Source: Candidatus Cloacimonadales bacterium (lineage in GTDB: Bacteria; Cloacimonadota; Cloacimonadia; Cloacimonadales; JAFGVF01). From it: a DNA stretch of 64,000 nt. The stretch's first letter is position 1. Each line of letters begins with the position of its first letter. The translations under genes were made by a program, and so were the position numbers. The DNA is taken from positions 2,336,001 through 2,400,000 of the forward strand of contig OY762964.1 of assembly GCA_963667035.1 (NCBI GenBank), given 5' to 3'. Shown in pieces: positions 31,912 to 41,850 of this stretch. The notes under the pieces were generated by a model. The model was not told the DNA's origin, searched no databases, and worked only from the letters and a program-made list of their open reading frames with translations.

Positions 31912-34900
31912 TATCTTACCTCCTCTTTGTTATTTCCGGAGAGATATCTGATAAAAGCTTCTCTACTATTTATAACACTACTCCTGACAGTACTCTCTTT
32001 GGCTGTAACCTTATAAAAAAGATGCCTGGAAATTGAGTTCAATATGCCAGTATGAGTGAAACTTGTATTAGAATTGCTACTATCTCCATCACTCTCACTA
32101 ATTTTTGTATCAATATTAGCAGTAAATTCCGGTAAATCTGAAGCGTAGACTTCATACTCACCAACTGTAATCGGATCACCGTTAGTATTAGTTGTTACCT
32201 CATTCCATGTGATAATAATATCAGAACCGGATGCACTGATTGAGATATTGGTCGGAATTGAGGGAGCATAACTTCCTTCTGTAGTGTTTGATGCTTCCAT
32301 AGCAGAGAGTATTGATGCGTTACCTGCAGTATCCAATGCTCTAATTTTAAAGAAATATGTAGTCCCTGAGTTCAAGCCTGTAACCCTTGTAGAAGTAAAA
32401 CCACCTCCAATGTTTGCCAGACTTTGGTCATTGTTTAAGTCCCACACGCTATCTTCGATAGTAACATCCGAGTGAGTTGCATAATATACTTCGTAATTGG
32501 CAAAATGCACATCATTTGTACTTGTCCAATAGACGTCAATTGCCGATGACCCTGCTGAATATGCAACTACAGTTGATATCTGAGAAGGCTCTATGGAATC
32601 TATTGCAACATACCAGTCATCAGCGATACCTTCTAGACTGCTTTCGCCTGAATATACCGGTCCATATCCGTCAACATCCCAAGCTCTGAGTTCGTAAGGG
32701 AGCATTTCACCATCAGCACTATAAGTTACATCGACTCTTATAACACTTTGCATACCTGCATCTCTGCTCATACGACCTTGATAGTCCGTCCATGTTTCTT
32801 CGGAATCATAAACACCATTACCGTTAGCATCAATACGATACTGAACAGAACCTTCATCTATACCGAAGTAGTCTTCAAAAGTACAACCGATAGTAACAGC
32901 TCTACTATTACCCAACCCAACTGTTTCAGGATATGGATTTGAGCAAGTTGGTAAATCGCTACGAGGAACTGATGCAACTTCATCCGATAACAATGAACTG
33001 TTTCCGGCAGTATCGTTGCTTAGAATAGCAAAATAATACATACTTCCGGATTGAAGTCCTGTAATCGTAGTTGAGTTTGTATTTATATCAGTTAAATCTC
33101 CATCATTACTACTGTTCCACACTAAATCAGAGGTCGTAACACCTTCCGATTGACTGTAATATATCATGTACTCATTGAAATGTAGTTCCGTAACAGGAGT
33201 CCAACTGAGGGAAAGTGAGGTTCCATCATAAGCAGTTACTAAAAGGTCAGTAACTTGAGTTGGAGCTATTGTGTCAATTGCCACATAATAATCATCAGCA
33301 ATACCTTCCTGATTTGAGGAGCCACTATATACAAAAGGACTACCAATCTCATCTTGAGCTCTAAACTCAAAATAAAGTTGTTCTCCATCAGCATTATATG
33401 TAACGCTATTTCTAATGATTAGTTCATTGTTGTCTGTATAGCCTTCTAAATCTGTCCATTCTTCATTTGTATCATAAGAACCATTTCCGTTTGCATCGAT
33501 TCTATACTGAATACTCTGAGCATTAATCAGATAATCATCAGTAATAGTCACACCTATCTCAACAGTTCTTGAATTCTGAAGAATAGAAGCAGGTTGAGTA
33601 GGATATGGTGAAGTAATTTCGACAGGATCGGCAACAATGCATTCAACTACATTGGAGATTAATCCTATATTATCCCATACATCAATACCTCTAATACATA
33701 AATAGTATTTTGTATTGAATGAAACACCTGTAATTGTAGTTTCACTTGTATTAATATCACCTAATTCAGAATCATTAGCAATGCTCCACACAGGATCATT
33801 ATACACATCTATTTCACTTGAGGTAGAATAGAATAGCTCATAATAATCGAAGAATTGGTCAGAAGTTGGAGTCCAATTGAGTGAGATAGAATTCTCTGAG
33901 AAGCTTTCAACACTCAAATCGGTAATTCTGGTAGGTGGTGTTGAATCAGCAACTCTACCACTAATCACAACATCATCAATAGTCCATTCAGCTCCTAGAT
34001 TGATAAAGGAATAGAAATACCATCTGAACTGAACGTAAGATGCTGCATTAAAGTTATATGTAACATTTCCTGAGGTATTAGCATTGAAAGATGCTAATGT
34101 CTGGAATGTTGATCCGTTGTTTGATACTTGTAGATAAGCTGTAGCATTATCGCCATGTACATAATTATGGTTAAATGAGATAGTTAAATTGGAATAACCT
34201 GATAAGTTATAAACAGGAGACAATAACTTTTCATCTGAGCTTTGTAATGTACCGTTAGCTACGTGCATACTATAATCATCACCGGAATCATTTATCGTAT
34301 TCCATGGTGTAGTTGTATTACCGGCATGCTGTATAGACCAACTTGTTGGTAAATCACCAGTGTGATTGAAATCTTCTATCATACTGAATTCACTAACAGT
34401 GACCTGAACAACTTCAATAACTTCCTCATTATAATCATCTGTTGCAACAACTGTAATATTCTCTGTTCCAAACCAATCTGAAGCAGGAGTAAGAGTTAAA
34501 CTATTATCTCCATTCAGGGTATATGAGATATTAACATTATCTCTTACAGAGAAAGTCAAAGGAGAATCAATATCTTCAAAGATATTATTAAGTGAAGTCG
34601 TCGTATATGAGTCATTAACCGAGATAACAACAGCACCTATTGAGCCAATGGTATATGGAAGGTCATTTACACTTTCTACCGTCACAATAACCTGAGTATC
34701 CACAGTCAATCTTGAATGCATATCATTGGCAGTAAAAGTAATAGTTTCCTGACCAAACCAGTTAGCAGAAGGAGTTAAAGTAACCACACCATTAAGCTCT
34801 GTTACTGAAATCTCAGTGTTACCTGACCAAAAATAGTTTAGTAAATCACCATCAACATCATCAAAAACATTGTCCAAGTCTATGCTATTGTTTGATCCAT

Positions 34901-35996
34901 CTTCTTGGATATTTATCGGATTAACAGTATTAACAACATAAGGAGCATCATTTACATTATTAATTGTTATCTCTACTATATCGCTAGCGGTCTGTAAAGT
35001 GTTATCAGTTGCCGTAAAAGTAATCACTTCATATCCAAACCAATCGTGGATTGGTGTCAGAGTTACAACTCCTCCAACAATACTTACAGAGATGTTGTCA
35101 TTTCCAGAATAACTATATGCTAATTGATCTCCAAAATCAAGGTCATAATCAGTAAACACATTATTCAGATTAATTGAATTATTTACGGTATCCTCATTGA
35201 AATCAAAATCAGCTATTTCATTAACTACCAGTGGCGGTTGTGAGACGTTGGTAATTATCAAATCAAAGCTTTCTGTATCAGTAAGTGAGTCCTCATTTTC
35301 TACTGTAACAGAAAGTGTGTATGTACCTCCATCTAAATAATCGGTTAACCAGGTAAATGTCCCTGAGCCGTCCCCATTATCGCTCCAATCCGCACCATCC
35401 GGTAATTCCGATGTTAAATCCAAAGTAATATTTTGGTTCAAAGGATCATGAGCAAAAATATCAAATGAAATGCTATCATTCTCATTATAGCTAATAGCTC
35501 CCGGATTATCAATCCAAGGATCCGGATCACCATAGAAAACAATACCATCATCTATTGTTGCACTTGGAGAACCCTCATTGAAATAGAAATATTCAAAAGA
35601 GAGCTCCGTACCTGTACCCCATGTCCCAGTTATTGTAAAATGCAAATCGGCAAAAGTGCCGATCGCACCAATTTCATTTGTACCCCAGATAGCAAGTATA
35701 AGTTCACCCGGGGTGTTACTATTGATGTTTATCTGTGCCCCAACCGGTAAATCGCTACCATCGGTTACATCAGTCAAGTTTACAACTGTTGTATCATAAG
35801 TAATCTTTGTATATAATGAGTAGATTACCTCTGCATTAACTCCCGTTATATTGAGCGGAACAACAATATCTCCTCCGGAAGGATAACAATTATCACTTAA
35901 GCTAACCGTTATCTCCGCCAGAAGTGTTCCGCTAATAGTAGTTAGGAGTAATACCAGCAGAGCCAATCTCCGTGGAATCCTAAATACTTTAAACAT
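31911..35996 (-). CDS. Large secreted protein: N-terminal cohesin, cadherin-like/Ig tandem repeats, beta-sandwich domain, FN3 repeats
   Basis: VPLNIT..YDTTVV..FADLHF cohesin-like; repeated NVNDAP/VTLTP..WFG.E.ITFTA; FN3-like TRITDL..LNWTP; duplicated QYRIDANGNG.YD module. TAATG overlap with the next gene. Confidence 0.85.
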   Translation of the reverse strand: MFKVFRIPRRLALLVLLLTTISGTLLAEITVSLSDNCYPSGGDIVVPLNITGVNAEVIYSLYTKITYDTTVVNLTDVTDGSDLPVGAQININSNTPGELILAIWGTNEIGAIGTFADLHFTITGTWGTGTELSFEYFYFNEGSPSATIDDGIVFYGDPDPWIDNPGAISYNENDSISFDIFAHDPLNQNITLDLTSELPDGADWSDNGDGSGTFTWLTDYLDGGTYTLSVTVENEDSLTDTESFDLIITNVSQPPLVVNEIADFDFNEDTVNNSINLNNVFTDYDLDFGDQLAYSYSGNDNISVSIVGGVVTLTPIHDWFGYEVITFTATDNTLQTASDIVEITINNVNDAPYVVNTVNPINIQEDGSNNSIDLDNVFDDVDGDLLNYFWSGNTEISVTELNGVVTLTPSANWFGQETITFTANDMHSRLTVDTQVIVTVESVNDLPYTIGSIGAVVISVNDSYTTTSLNNIFEDIDSPLTFSVRDNVNISYTLNGDNSLTLTPASDWFGTENITVVATDDYNEEVIEVVQVTVSEFSMIEDFNHTGDLPTSWSIQHAGNTTTPWNTINDSGDDYSMHVANGTLQSSDEKLLSPVYNLSGYSNLTISFNHNYVHGDNATAYLQVSNNGSTFQTLASFNANTSGNVTYNFNAASYVQFRWYFYSFINLGAEWTIDDVVISGRVADSTPPTRITDLSVESFSENSISLNWTPTSDQFFDYYELFYSTSSEIDVYNDPVWSIANDSELGDINTSETTITGVSFNTKYYLCIRGIDVWDNIGLISNVVECIVADPVEITSPYPTQPASILQNSRTVEIGVTITDDYLINAQSIQYRIDANGNGSYDTNEEWTDLEGYTDNNELIIRNSVTYNADGEQLYFEFRAQDEIGSPFVYSGSSNQEGIADDYYVAIDTIAPTQVTDLLVTAYDGTSLSLSWTPVTELHFNEYMIYYSQSEGVTTSDLVWNSSNDGDLTDINTNSTTITGLQSGSMYYFAILSNDTAGNSSLLSDEVASVPRSDLPTCSNPYPETVGLGNSRAVTIGCTFEDYFGIDEGSVQYRIDANGNGVYDSEETWTDYQGRMSRDAGMQSVIRVDVTYSADGEMLPYELRAWDVDGYGPVYSGESSLEGIADDWYVAIDSIEPSQISTVVAYSAGSSAIDVYWTSTNDVHFANYEVYYATHSDVTIEDSVWDLNNDQSLANIGGGFTSTRVTGLNSGTTYFFKIRALDTAGNASILSAMEASNTTEGSYAPSIPTNISISASGSDIIITWNEVTTNTNGDPITVGEYEVYASDLPEFTANIDTKISESDGDSSNSNTSFTHTGILNSISRHLFYKVTAKESTVRSSVINSREAFIRYLSGNNKEEVR

Positions 35997-36024
35997 ATAT
36001 CCTCCGCTTTATCCTGTGTGAGGA

Positions 36025-39000
36025 TTACTTTAAAAGAGCCATCTTACGAACTGATGAATATGAACCAGCATCCATTCTGTAGAAATAAACACCTGAAGCA
36101 GCACTTCTGCCATTATCAGTAATGCCTTTCCAAACTACACTATGAGTTCCGGCTTTATATGTATCTTGTGTAAGTGTTCTTATCTTTTCGCCCTTAATAT
36201 TGAAAATATCAATTCTTACTTCAGCTTCTGCAGGTACTGTGAAGCTAATCTCAGTCTCAGGATTAAACGGATTTGGGTAGTTACCGTTTAAAACAAAATG
36301 AGTAGGAGTAGTAACTTCTTCATCAATTCCGGTTGGAGCTGAAAATACCCCACCAGTCACTTCATCAATAATGAAGTATTCAATCTCAACTGTACAATTA
36401 TCGACACCATTTCCGTTAAACACAAGAGTTGCAATATCACCTGCATCAAGTTCATCTACATCCCAAGTAGAAAGTTTAATTGTGCCAGTTTGTTCTGCAT
36501 CAAATTCACAATTAGATGACTCTAATCTCTCTGAATATCTAATACTTGTGAGAGTGAGTTCTTCATCTCTGTAGTTGATTGATCCTAGTGCAGAGAAGAA
36601 ACTTTCTTCGCTACCAATATTTAAGAGATATTCACCATTAGCATTGGGAGCAAGTACTATTGATTGAGTGTTGTACTCTACTGTTCTCTCTGAAGAACCA
36701 GGATAGTTACCTGATGGGTCTCCAATTACAATAGCATTGAAATCTGCAGTTTCATCTGAACCAAATATTTCAATTGCAGTACTAACCGGAGCAAATAACC
36801 AATTACCCCCCGGTAACTCAGAAATGATTCCTAAAGCATACTGAGCCATTAACGCAGAATCATAAACTGATACAGTACCGTTACCACTAGCATCAGCAGC
36901 TGCTATTTGATTAGAAGTGAATACTTCCAAACCAAGTGAATATCTTGCTGTTAAAGCTGCATCATAAGGAGTAATAGTCAATTCCGGTATCGTAAGCTCT
37001 GTTGAAGGTGTGACAACATAATTACCTGTTGCTACATTATCAAAGCCATATGTACCATTAGTTGCAGAAGTAGTAGTCTCATCAGCATCACCTGAAAGAG
37101 TAAGTGTTACGTTTGAGAGAGGGTTGCCAGTTCCATAATATCTAACTGTTCCGTCAATTTCATATTTGTTATAAACTGTGAACAAACCGTTATGTTGAAC
37201 CACTGCTTCAGCCTCTTCATTAAAGACAAAGTTTGTGAAGTTGAGCTGACAGTTATCATAATCATTTGCTGTTCCTGAAACCGCCATATTCACATAAAGA
37301 AGAGTTCCTCCTTCCTGTAAGGCAGAAGCATCAAATCCATTAATAACAATCTCACCGACATTAGAAGCATTATAGTTCACACTCCAATCTTCTGTAAGTG
37401 TTCCGGATGTTTCTACATCTATAGCTGTTAACAGCGTAAAATCATAAGTAATTGTAAACTGGAATGAAAGTATATTGTACTGTGGTATTGAATTAGTAAT
37501 AAAAATCGGGATAGCAACCGTTTCTCCAGCAGAACCTGTCTCCTCCTCGCTTATTCCTGCACTGAGAGGACCAACCATAATTTGACCGGTTGCATAATCC
37601 ATAACAGGAGGATTAACTCCATCATCAATAACAGCATAAATATAATACAGACCATGAGGTATACCGGCAAAATTCCAGACATATCTATTTATTGAAGTAT
37701 CTTCTGTGATTCCTGTTGTAAAAGCAGTACCTGAATAATCCTGACCATCATCATAATAAAGAGTAATAGAAGCATTATCATCAACATCCATATCCATCCA
37801 TGTGATTCTATATGATGTAGGATTTAACTCAAGAGAACTTGGTGTATACAACTCAATAGCCGGTGGGTTATTGGGAATATTACACTCTGAGTTATCAAGA
37901 TTAGCCACTTGAAGATTAGTATAACTTACTGTTCCATTATATAACTGACTAACAAGATTATTCACACCAGTTATCTGTCCCCACCAGTTATATTCAGCAT
38001 CAATAACAGCAGATTCATTTATACAAGAAAAATCATTCATATAAGATGTTAAATCATATTTAATTTGTGTGCATCTTCCCCATGGAGTACCGCTATAATT
38101 GTAAGCATAAACTCTCACTCTGAGTCTATCACTATTGCTTGTAGTGTTAACAGTAAACCAGGAATCTAGGTTGGTATTAGAAGAAGTGTTATCCCTCAAA
38201 TATGTAACCAAAGCATTAGATTCATCATCATATAGATAAAGGTTATAATCTGAATATGAATTGTAATGATCCATATAACCTGTCATCCTTGCCTGTGTCA
38301 TCAAATATGCAGGAAACTTGATTGAATAGTAGTTTGAATATCCACTTGAACCTGCATAATATAATGAATTGGTAGGTATATCTTCAGTAAACACATATGA
38401 TGTTGGTGGGGCAATTAGATTTCCATAAATATTACAATTATTAAAAGTAGGATCTGCTTCTGTTTGAATCCATACACCTGAATATGCATTTCTGGTGATT
38501 GTTGAATATGTAACATCTCCATCAGCATTTGATTCAAACAAGAAACCCATTTTGCCGTTATCTGTCACAGAACAGTTATCAAAGTTAGCATCAGCTGTTG
38601 CACCAGTAACGAAAACACCATTCTGACTATTATCAGAGATATCAGTATTTGAAAATGTAACACCTGCATTGGTAATATTGATACCATTGTTTGTATTGTT
38701 AATTGCACCTGAATTATCAAAAGATACATTCTGTGAGGAAGTTATATCAAATCCATATCTTCCGTTAGAGGAAGAGATAACTCCATCACCGTTCACGATG
38801 GCATTCGCTAAAATAATCACACCATCTGATGTATTGTTAAAGATTATAGTGTTATTGATAGAAGTCAATCCGGCATAAGAGTCTGTCACTTTCATACCGT
38901 ACTCATTACAATAACCGATAACACAATTGTTCATTGTAACATACTTGGCACTAACATTGACACCTTCTTCTGCATAAAATACATTCAGATAATTAAGTAC

Positions 39001-39351
39001 AGAGTAGATTGCACCACTATTATTGAATGTGATACCTGCCCAATCAGATTTACTTGGACTTTCTTCAAGTGATGTGAATACTACTTCATTACCACTAGAT
39101 CCATTCACAATTAGTCTACCATCCACAACAAATCGAGTATCACCGATTCCATTCAAATCATTGTCGATTTTAGGGAAAGATACTGTAACACCTGCATTAA
39201 TAGTTAAAACCGCTCCGTCATCAATAGTGACATCCCCGGTTATAGTTACATCGTCGTTCCAAACAACATTGTCTGTAATATGCCCTGAAACTGCCCAACT
39301 TAAAGTTGTAGCCATCAGAAAAAGCATGAAAATAAATAGATTCTTTTTCAT
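36025..39351 (-). CDS. Secreted beta-helix / Ig / cohesin / dockerin-like protein with FlgD-Ig CTD (paralog A)
   Basis: Colinear with 28612-31911 (SGHIT.N.VW, IDDGVNP, MVGP, TPYDA, IGDPSGNYP, NYPNPFNPET). Confidence 0.85.
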   Translation of the reverse strand: MKKNLFIFMLFLMATTLSWAVSGHITDNVVWNDDVTITGDVTIDDGAVLTINAGVTVSFPKIDNDLNGIGDTRFVVDGRLIVNGSSGNEVVFTSLEESPSKSDWAGITFNNSGAIYSVLNYLNVFYAEEGVNVSAKYVTMNNCVIGYCNEYGMKVTDSYAGLTSINNTIIFNNTSDGVIILANAIVNGDGVISSSNGRYGFDITSSQNVSFDNSGAINNTNNGINITNAGVTFSNTDISDNSQNGVFVTGATADANFDNCSVTDNGKMGFLFESNADGDVTYSTITRNAYSGVWIQTEADPTFNNCNIYGNLIAPPTSYVFTEDIPTNSLYYAGSSGYSNYYSIKFPAYLMTQARMTGYMDHYNSYSDYNLYLYDDESNALVTYLRDNTSSNTNLDSWFTVNTTSNSDRLRVRVYAYNYSGTPWGRCTQIKYDLTSYMNDFSCINESAVIDAEYNWWGQITGVNNLVSQLYNGTVSYTNLQVANLDNSECNIPNNPPAIELYTPSSLELNPTSYRITWMDMDVDDNASITLYYDDGQDYSGTAFTTGITEDTSINRYVWNFAGIPHGLYYIYAVIDDGVNPPVMDYATGQIMVGPLSAGISEEETGSAGETVAIPIFITNSIPQYNILSFQFTITYDFTLLTAIDVETSGTLTEDWSVNYNASNVGEIVINGFDASALQEGGTLLYVNMAVSGTANDYDNCQLNFTNFVFNEEAEAVVQHNGLFTVYNKYEIDGTVRYYGTGNPLSNVTLTLSGDADETTTSATNGTYGFDNVATGNYVVTPSTELTIPELTITPYDAALTARYSLGLEVFTSNQIAAADASGNGTVSVYDSALMAQYALGIISELPGGNWLFAPVSTAIEIFGSDETADFNAIVIGDPSGNYPGSSERTVEYNTQSIVLAPNANGEYLLNIGSEESFFSALGSINYRDEELTLTSIRYSERLESSNCEFDAEQTGTIKLSTWDVDELDAGDIATLVFNGNGVDNCTVEIEYFIIDEVTGGVFSAPTGIDEEVTTPTHFVLNGNYPNPFNPETEISFTVPAEAEVRIDIFNIKGEKIRTLTQDTYKAGTHSVVWKGITDNGRSAASGVYFYRMDAGSYSSVRKMALLK

Positions 39352-39762
39352 AATAGACTCCTTTTTTTAAACATAATATACTCATTAAATAAATTTTGAT
39401 TTCCGCTCATATAGAATTAGTTTATCGTAATATCCTTTTGTAAGGTATAAAGTCAAGCGAATTTATTTCTTTACACTTCTTTTATCATAAGCAGTTATTC
39501 CCTCTGTTGTACTGAGTTAGGTTTATTTAATTTATCAAATATATAATACATACTACATTTTGTATTCGAAAGCTCTTAGTATGAAAGTAACAATCTTATA
39601 GTTATATTAATACTCTCATTCTACTGAAGGCATATATAAGAACGCTTGCTATGAAAACCATGTTAGTTAAACATAGAAGATAGGGTTATATCAACAGTCA
39701 TAATATTAATGACTATTACCTGAAATTAGTATATTGATGGGTATTACTAACATAAATTTAAG

Positions 39763-39791
39763 TTGACATAGGTTCAGAAACTCGATAAAAG
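39763..39791 (+). promoter_or_regulatory. Putative promoter of the proS operon
   Basis: TTGACA-17 nt-TAAAAG, then AGGAG before the ATG at 39833. Confidence 0.45.
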
Positions 39792-39832
39792 GATATGATT
39801 ACAAATTAATTAATAATCAGGAGATTAATAGA

Positions 39833-41356
39833 ATGGGGAAAAAAGCGAAAACAGCTATTGTTCCAACAAGAGAAGAGAATTACGCAGAATGGTATCAGCA
39901 AGTTATCAAGTTAGCTGATTTAGCTGAGAATAGTGAAGTCCGCGGTTGTATGATTATCAAGCCTTGGGGATATGCAATATGGGAGAACATCCAAAAGCAT
40001 CTTGATAAAATGTTTAAAGATACAGGACACAAAAATGCTTATTTCCCTATATTCATACCAAAAAGTTTTTTAGAAAAAGAAGCAGAACATGTAGAAGGAT
40101 TTGCTAAAGAATGTGCAGTAGTGACTCATTCACGTCTGGAAGATGACGGTAAGGGTGGATTGAAAGTCGCTGGTGAGCTTGCAGAACCTTATATTGTGAG
40201 ACCAACTAGTGAGACAATTATTGGGGATTCCTTTGCCCGATGGGTAAATTCATATAGAGACCTTCCTCTACTTATCAATCAATGGGCTAATGTAGTCAGA
40301 TGGGAGTTACGAACAAGACTGTTCCTTCGTACTGCAGAATTCTTATGGCAAGAAGGTCATACTGCCCACGCTACTGAGTTAGAAGCCCGGGATGAAACTA
40401 AAAAAATGCTAGATGTGTATGCAGAGTTCGCAGAGAAATATCTGGCTATTCCCGTATATAAAGGCGAGAAAAGTGAAAGTGAAAGATTTCCCGGAGCAGT
40501 TGCGACTTTTTGTATAGAAGCTATGATGCAGGATAAAAAAGCATTACAAGCTGGGACGACTCATTTTCTTGGTCAAAATTTTGCAAAGGCTTCCGGTATC
40601 AGATTCCAAAACAAAGATGGTGAAATGGAGTATGCATGGACTACTTCTTGGGGTGTCTCAACACGTCTTATTGGAGCTTTAATAATGGCACACAGTGATG
40701 ACAATGGAATGGTGATTCCTCCTCGTGTTGCTCCTGCTCATGTAGCTATTATTCCTATTATCAAAGATTCTGATCAGGAAGAGCTTGTTATGGATTACGT
40801 AACAAGCTTAAGAGATGAGCTTAAGGACGTAGTTTTTGATGGAAGAAACATTGAAGTTGAGCTTGATACCAGAGATATGACTTTCAGTGAAAGAAGTTGG
40901 GATTGGATTAAGCATGGTATCCCTATAAGAATTGAGTTAGGAATAAGGGACATTGAAAATGATTCTATTTATTTCGGAAGAAGAGATATGGAACCAAAGG
41001 AAAAAGTAAGTATGCAAAGAACCGATTTTATAACTTCAATATCTAGTATTCTTGCTGATATTCAAAATAATTACTATGATAGAGCTCTATGTTTCAGAAA
41101 TGATAACACTGTTGAGTTTGATGATAAAAAAGAGTTTTATAAGTTCTTCACATTAAGAAATCCCAACACCCCTAAGATTCACGGAGGTTTTGCCAGTGCC
41201 CATTGGTGTGGTTCTCCTGAATGTGAAGAGAAAATAAAAGGCGATTTAAAAGTTACTATTAGATGCATTCCTGAAGATGCTAAAGGCGAAAATGGTTTCT
41301 GTATAAATTGCGGAGCTGAATCAAAACGTAGAGTACTATTTGCCAAAAGTTACTAA
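39833..41356 (+). CDS. proS: Prolyl-tRNA synthetase, archaeal/eukaryotic type
   Basis: RPTSET, NQWANVVRWE, EFLWQEGHT, QAGTTHFLGQNF, C-terminal Zn region ending FAKSY. Confidence 0.98.
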   Translation: MGKKAKTAIVPTREENYAEWYQQVIKLADLAENSEVRGCMIIKPWGYAIWENIQKHLDKMFKDTGHKNAYFPIFIPKSFLEKEAEHVEGFAKECAVVTHSRLEDDGKGGLKVAGELAEPYIVRPTSETIIGDSFARWVNSYRDLPLLINQWANVVRWELRTRLFLRTAEFLWQEGHTAHATELEARDETKKMLDVYAEFAEKYLAIPVYKGEKSESERFPGAVATFCIEAMMQDKKALQAGTTHFLGQNFAKASGIRFQNKDGEMEYAWTTSWGVSTRLIGALIMAHSDDNGMVIPPRVAPAHVAIIPIIKDSDQEELVMDYVTSLRDELKDVVFDGRNIEVELDTRDMTFSERSWDWIKHGIPIRIELGIRDIENDSIYFGRRDMEPKEKVSMQRTDFITSISSILADIQNNYYDRALCFRNDNTVEFDDKKEFYKFFTLRNPNTPKIHGGFASAHWCGSPECEEKIKGDLKVTIRCIPEDAKGENGFCINCGAESKRRVLFAKSY

Positions 41357-41850
41357 TGTTTAAAGAGATTATTCTTAGCCTTTCGGAACAAGTTGCTACA
41401 ATAGCTTTAGAAAATAGTGTTTCTATTTCTTTTGCAGAATCTTGTACCGGTGGTCTATTAAGTAAAATAATAACTGACAGGGCAGGTAGTTCATTCTATT
41501 TTAAAGGTGGTATAGTAGCTTATCACAATAATATAAAAGAAGAAGTTTTAGGTGTCTCTTCTGAAGTTTTAACCCGTTTTGGAGCTGTAAGTGAAGAAAC
41601 AGCACTTGACATGGCAAGAGGAGCCTTAAAACTAATGAAAACTGATTTCTGTGGTTCAGTCACTGGAATAGCAGGTCCGGATGGAGGTTCAATAGATAAA
41701 CCAGTTGGTACAGTATGGTTTTGTGTAACTTCATTACAAAAAACTATTACTGACATACAGAGATTTGAGGGAAATAGAGAGTTTGTTCGATATAAGACTG
41801 CAATACATCTGCTAGAGATGTTAATAAATATAATGACGGAGGCGAGGTGA
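41356..41850 (+). CDS. cinA: CinA C-terminal domain / NMN deamidase (PncC-like)
   Basis: AESCTGG, GSS.YF, GAVSEETA..MA, TGIAGPDGG..KPVGTVW. Confidence 0.93.
   Translation: MFKEIILSLSEQVATIALENSVSISFAESCTGGLLSKIITDRAGSSFYFKGGIVAYHNNIKEEVLGVSSEVLTRFGAVSEETALDMARGALKLMKTDFCGSVTGIAGPDGGSIDKPVGTVWFCVTSLQKTITDIQRFEGNREFVRYKTAIHLLEMLINIMTEAR

Noticed and set aside
28612..39351. True cellulosome
   Set aside because: No glycoside hydrolase domains or multi-cohesin scaffoldin recognised.
39352..39832. oriC at the gene-strand switch
   Set aside because: AT-rich and divergent, but I found no TTATCCACA-type boxes and there is no dnaA in the window. Cannot be supported without GC-skew analysis.
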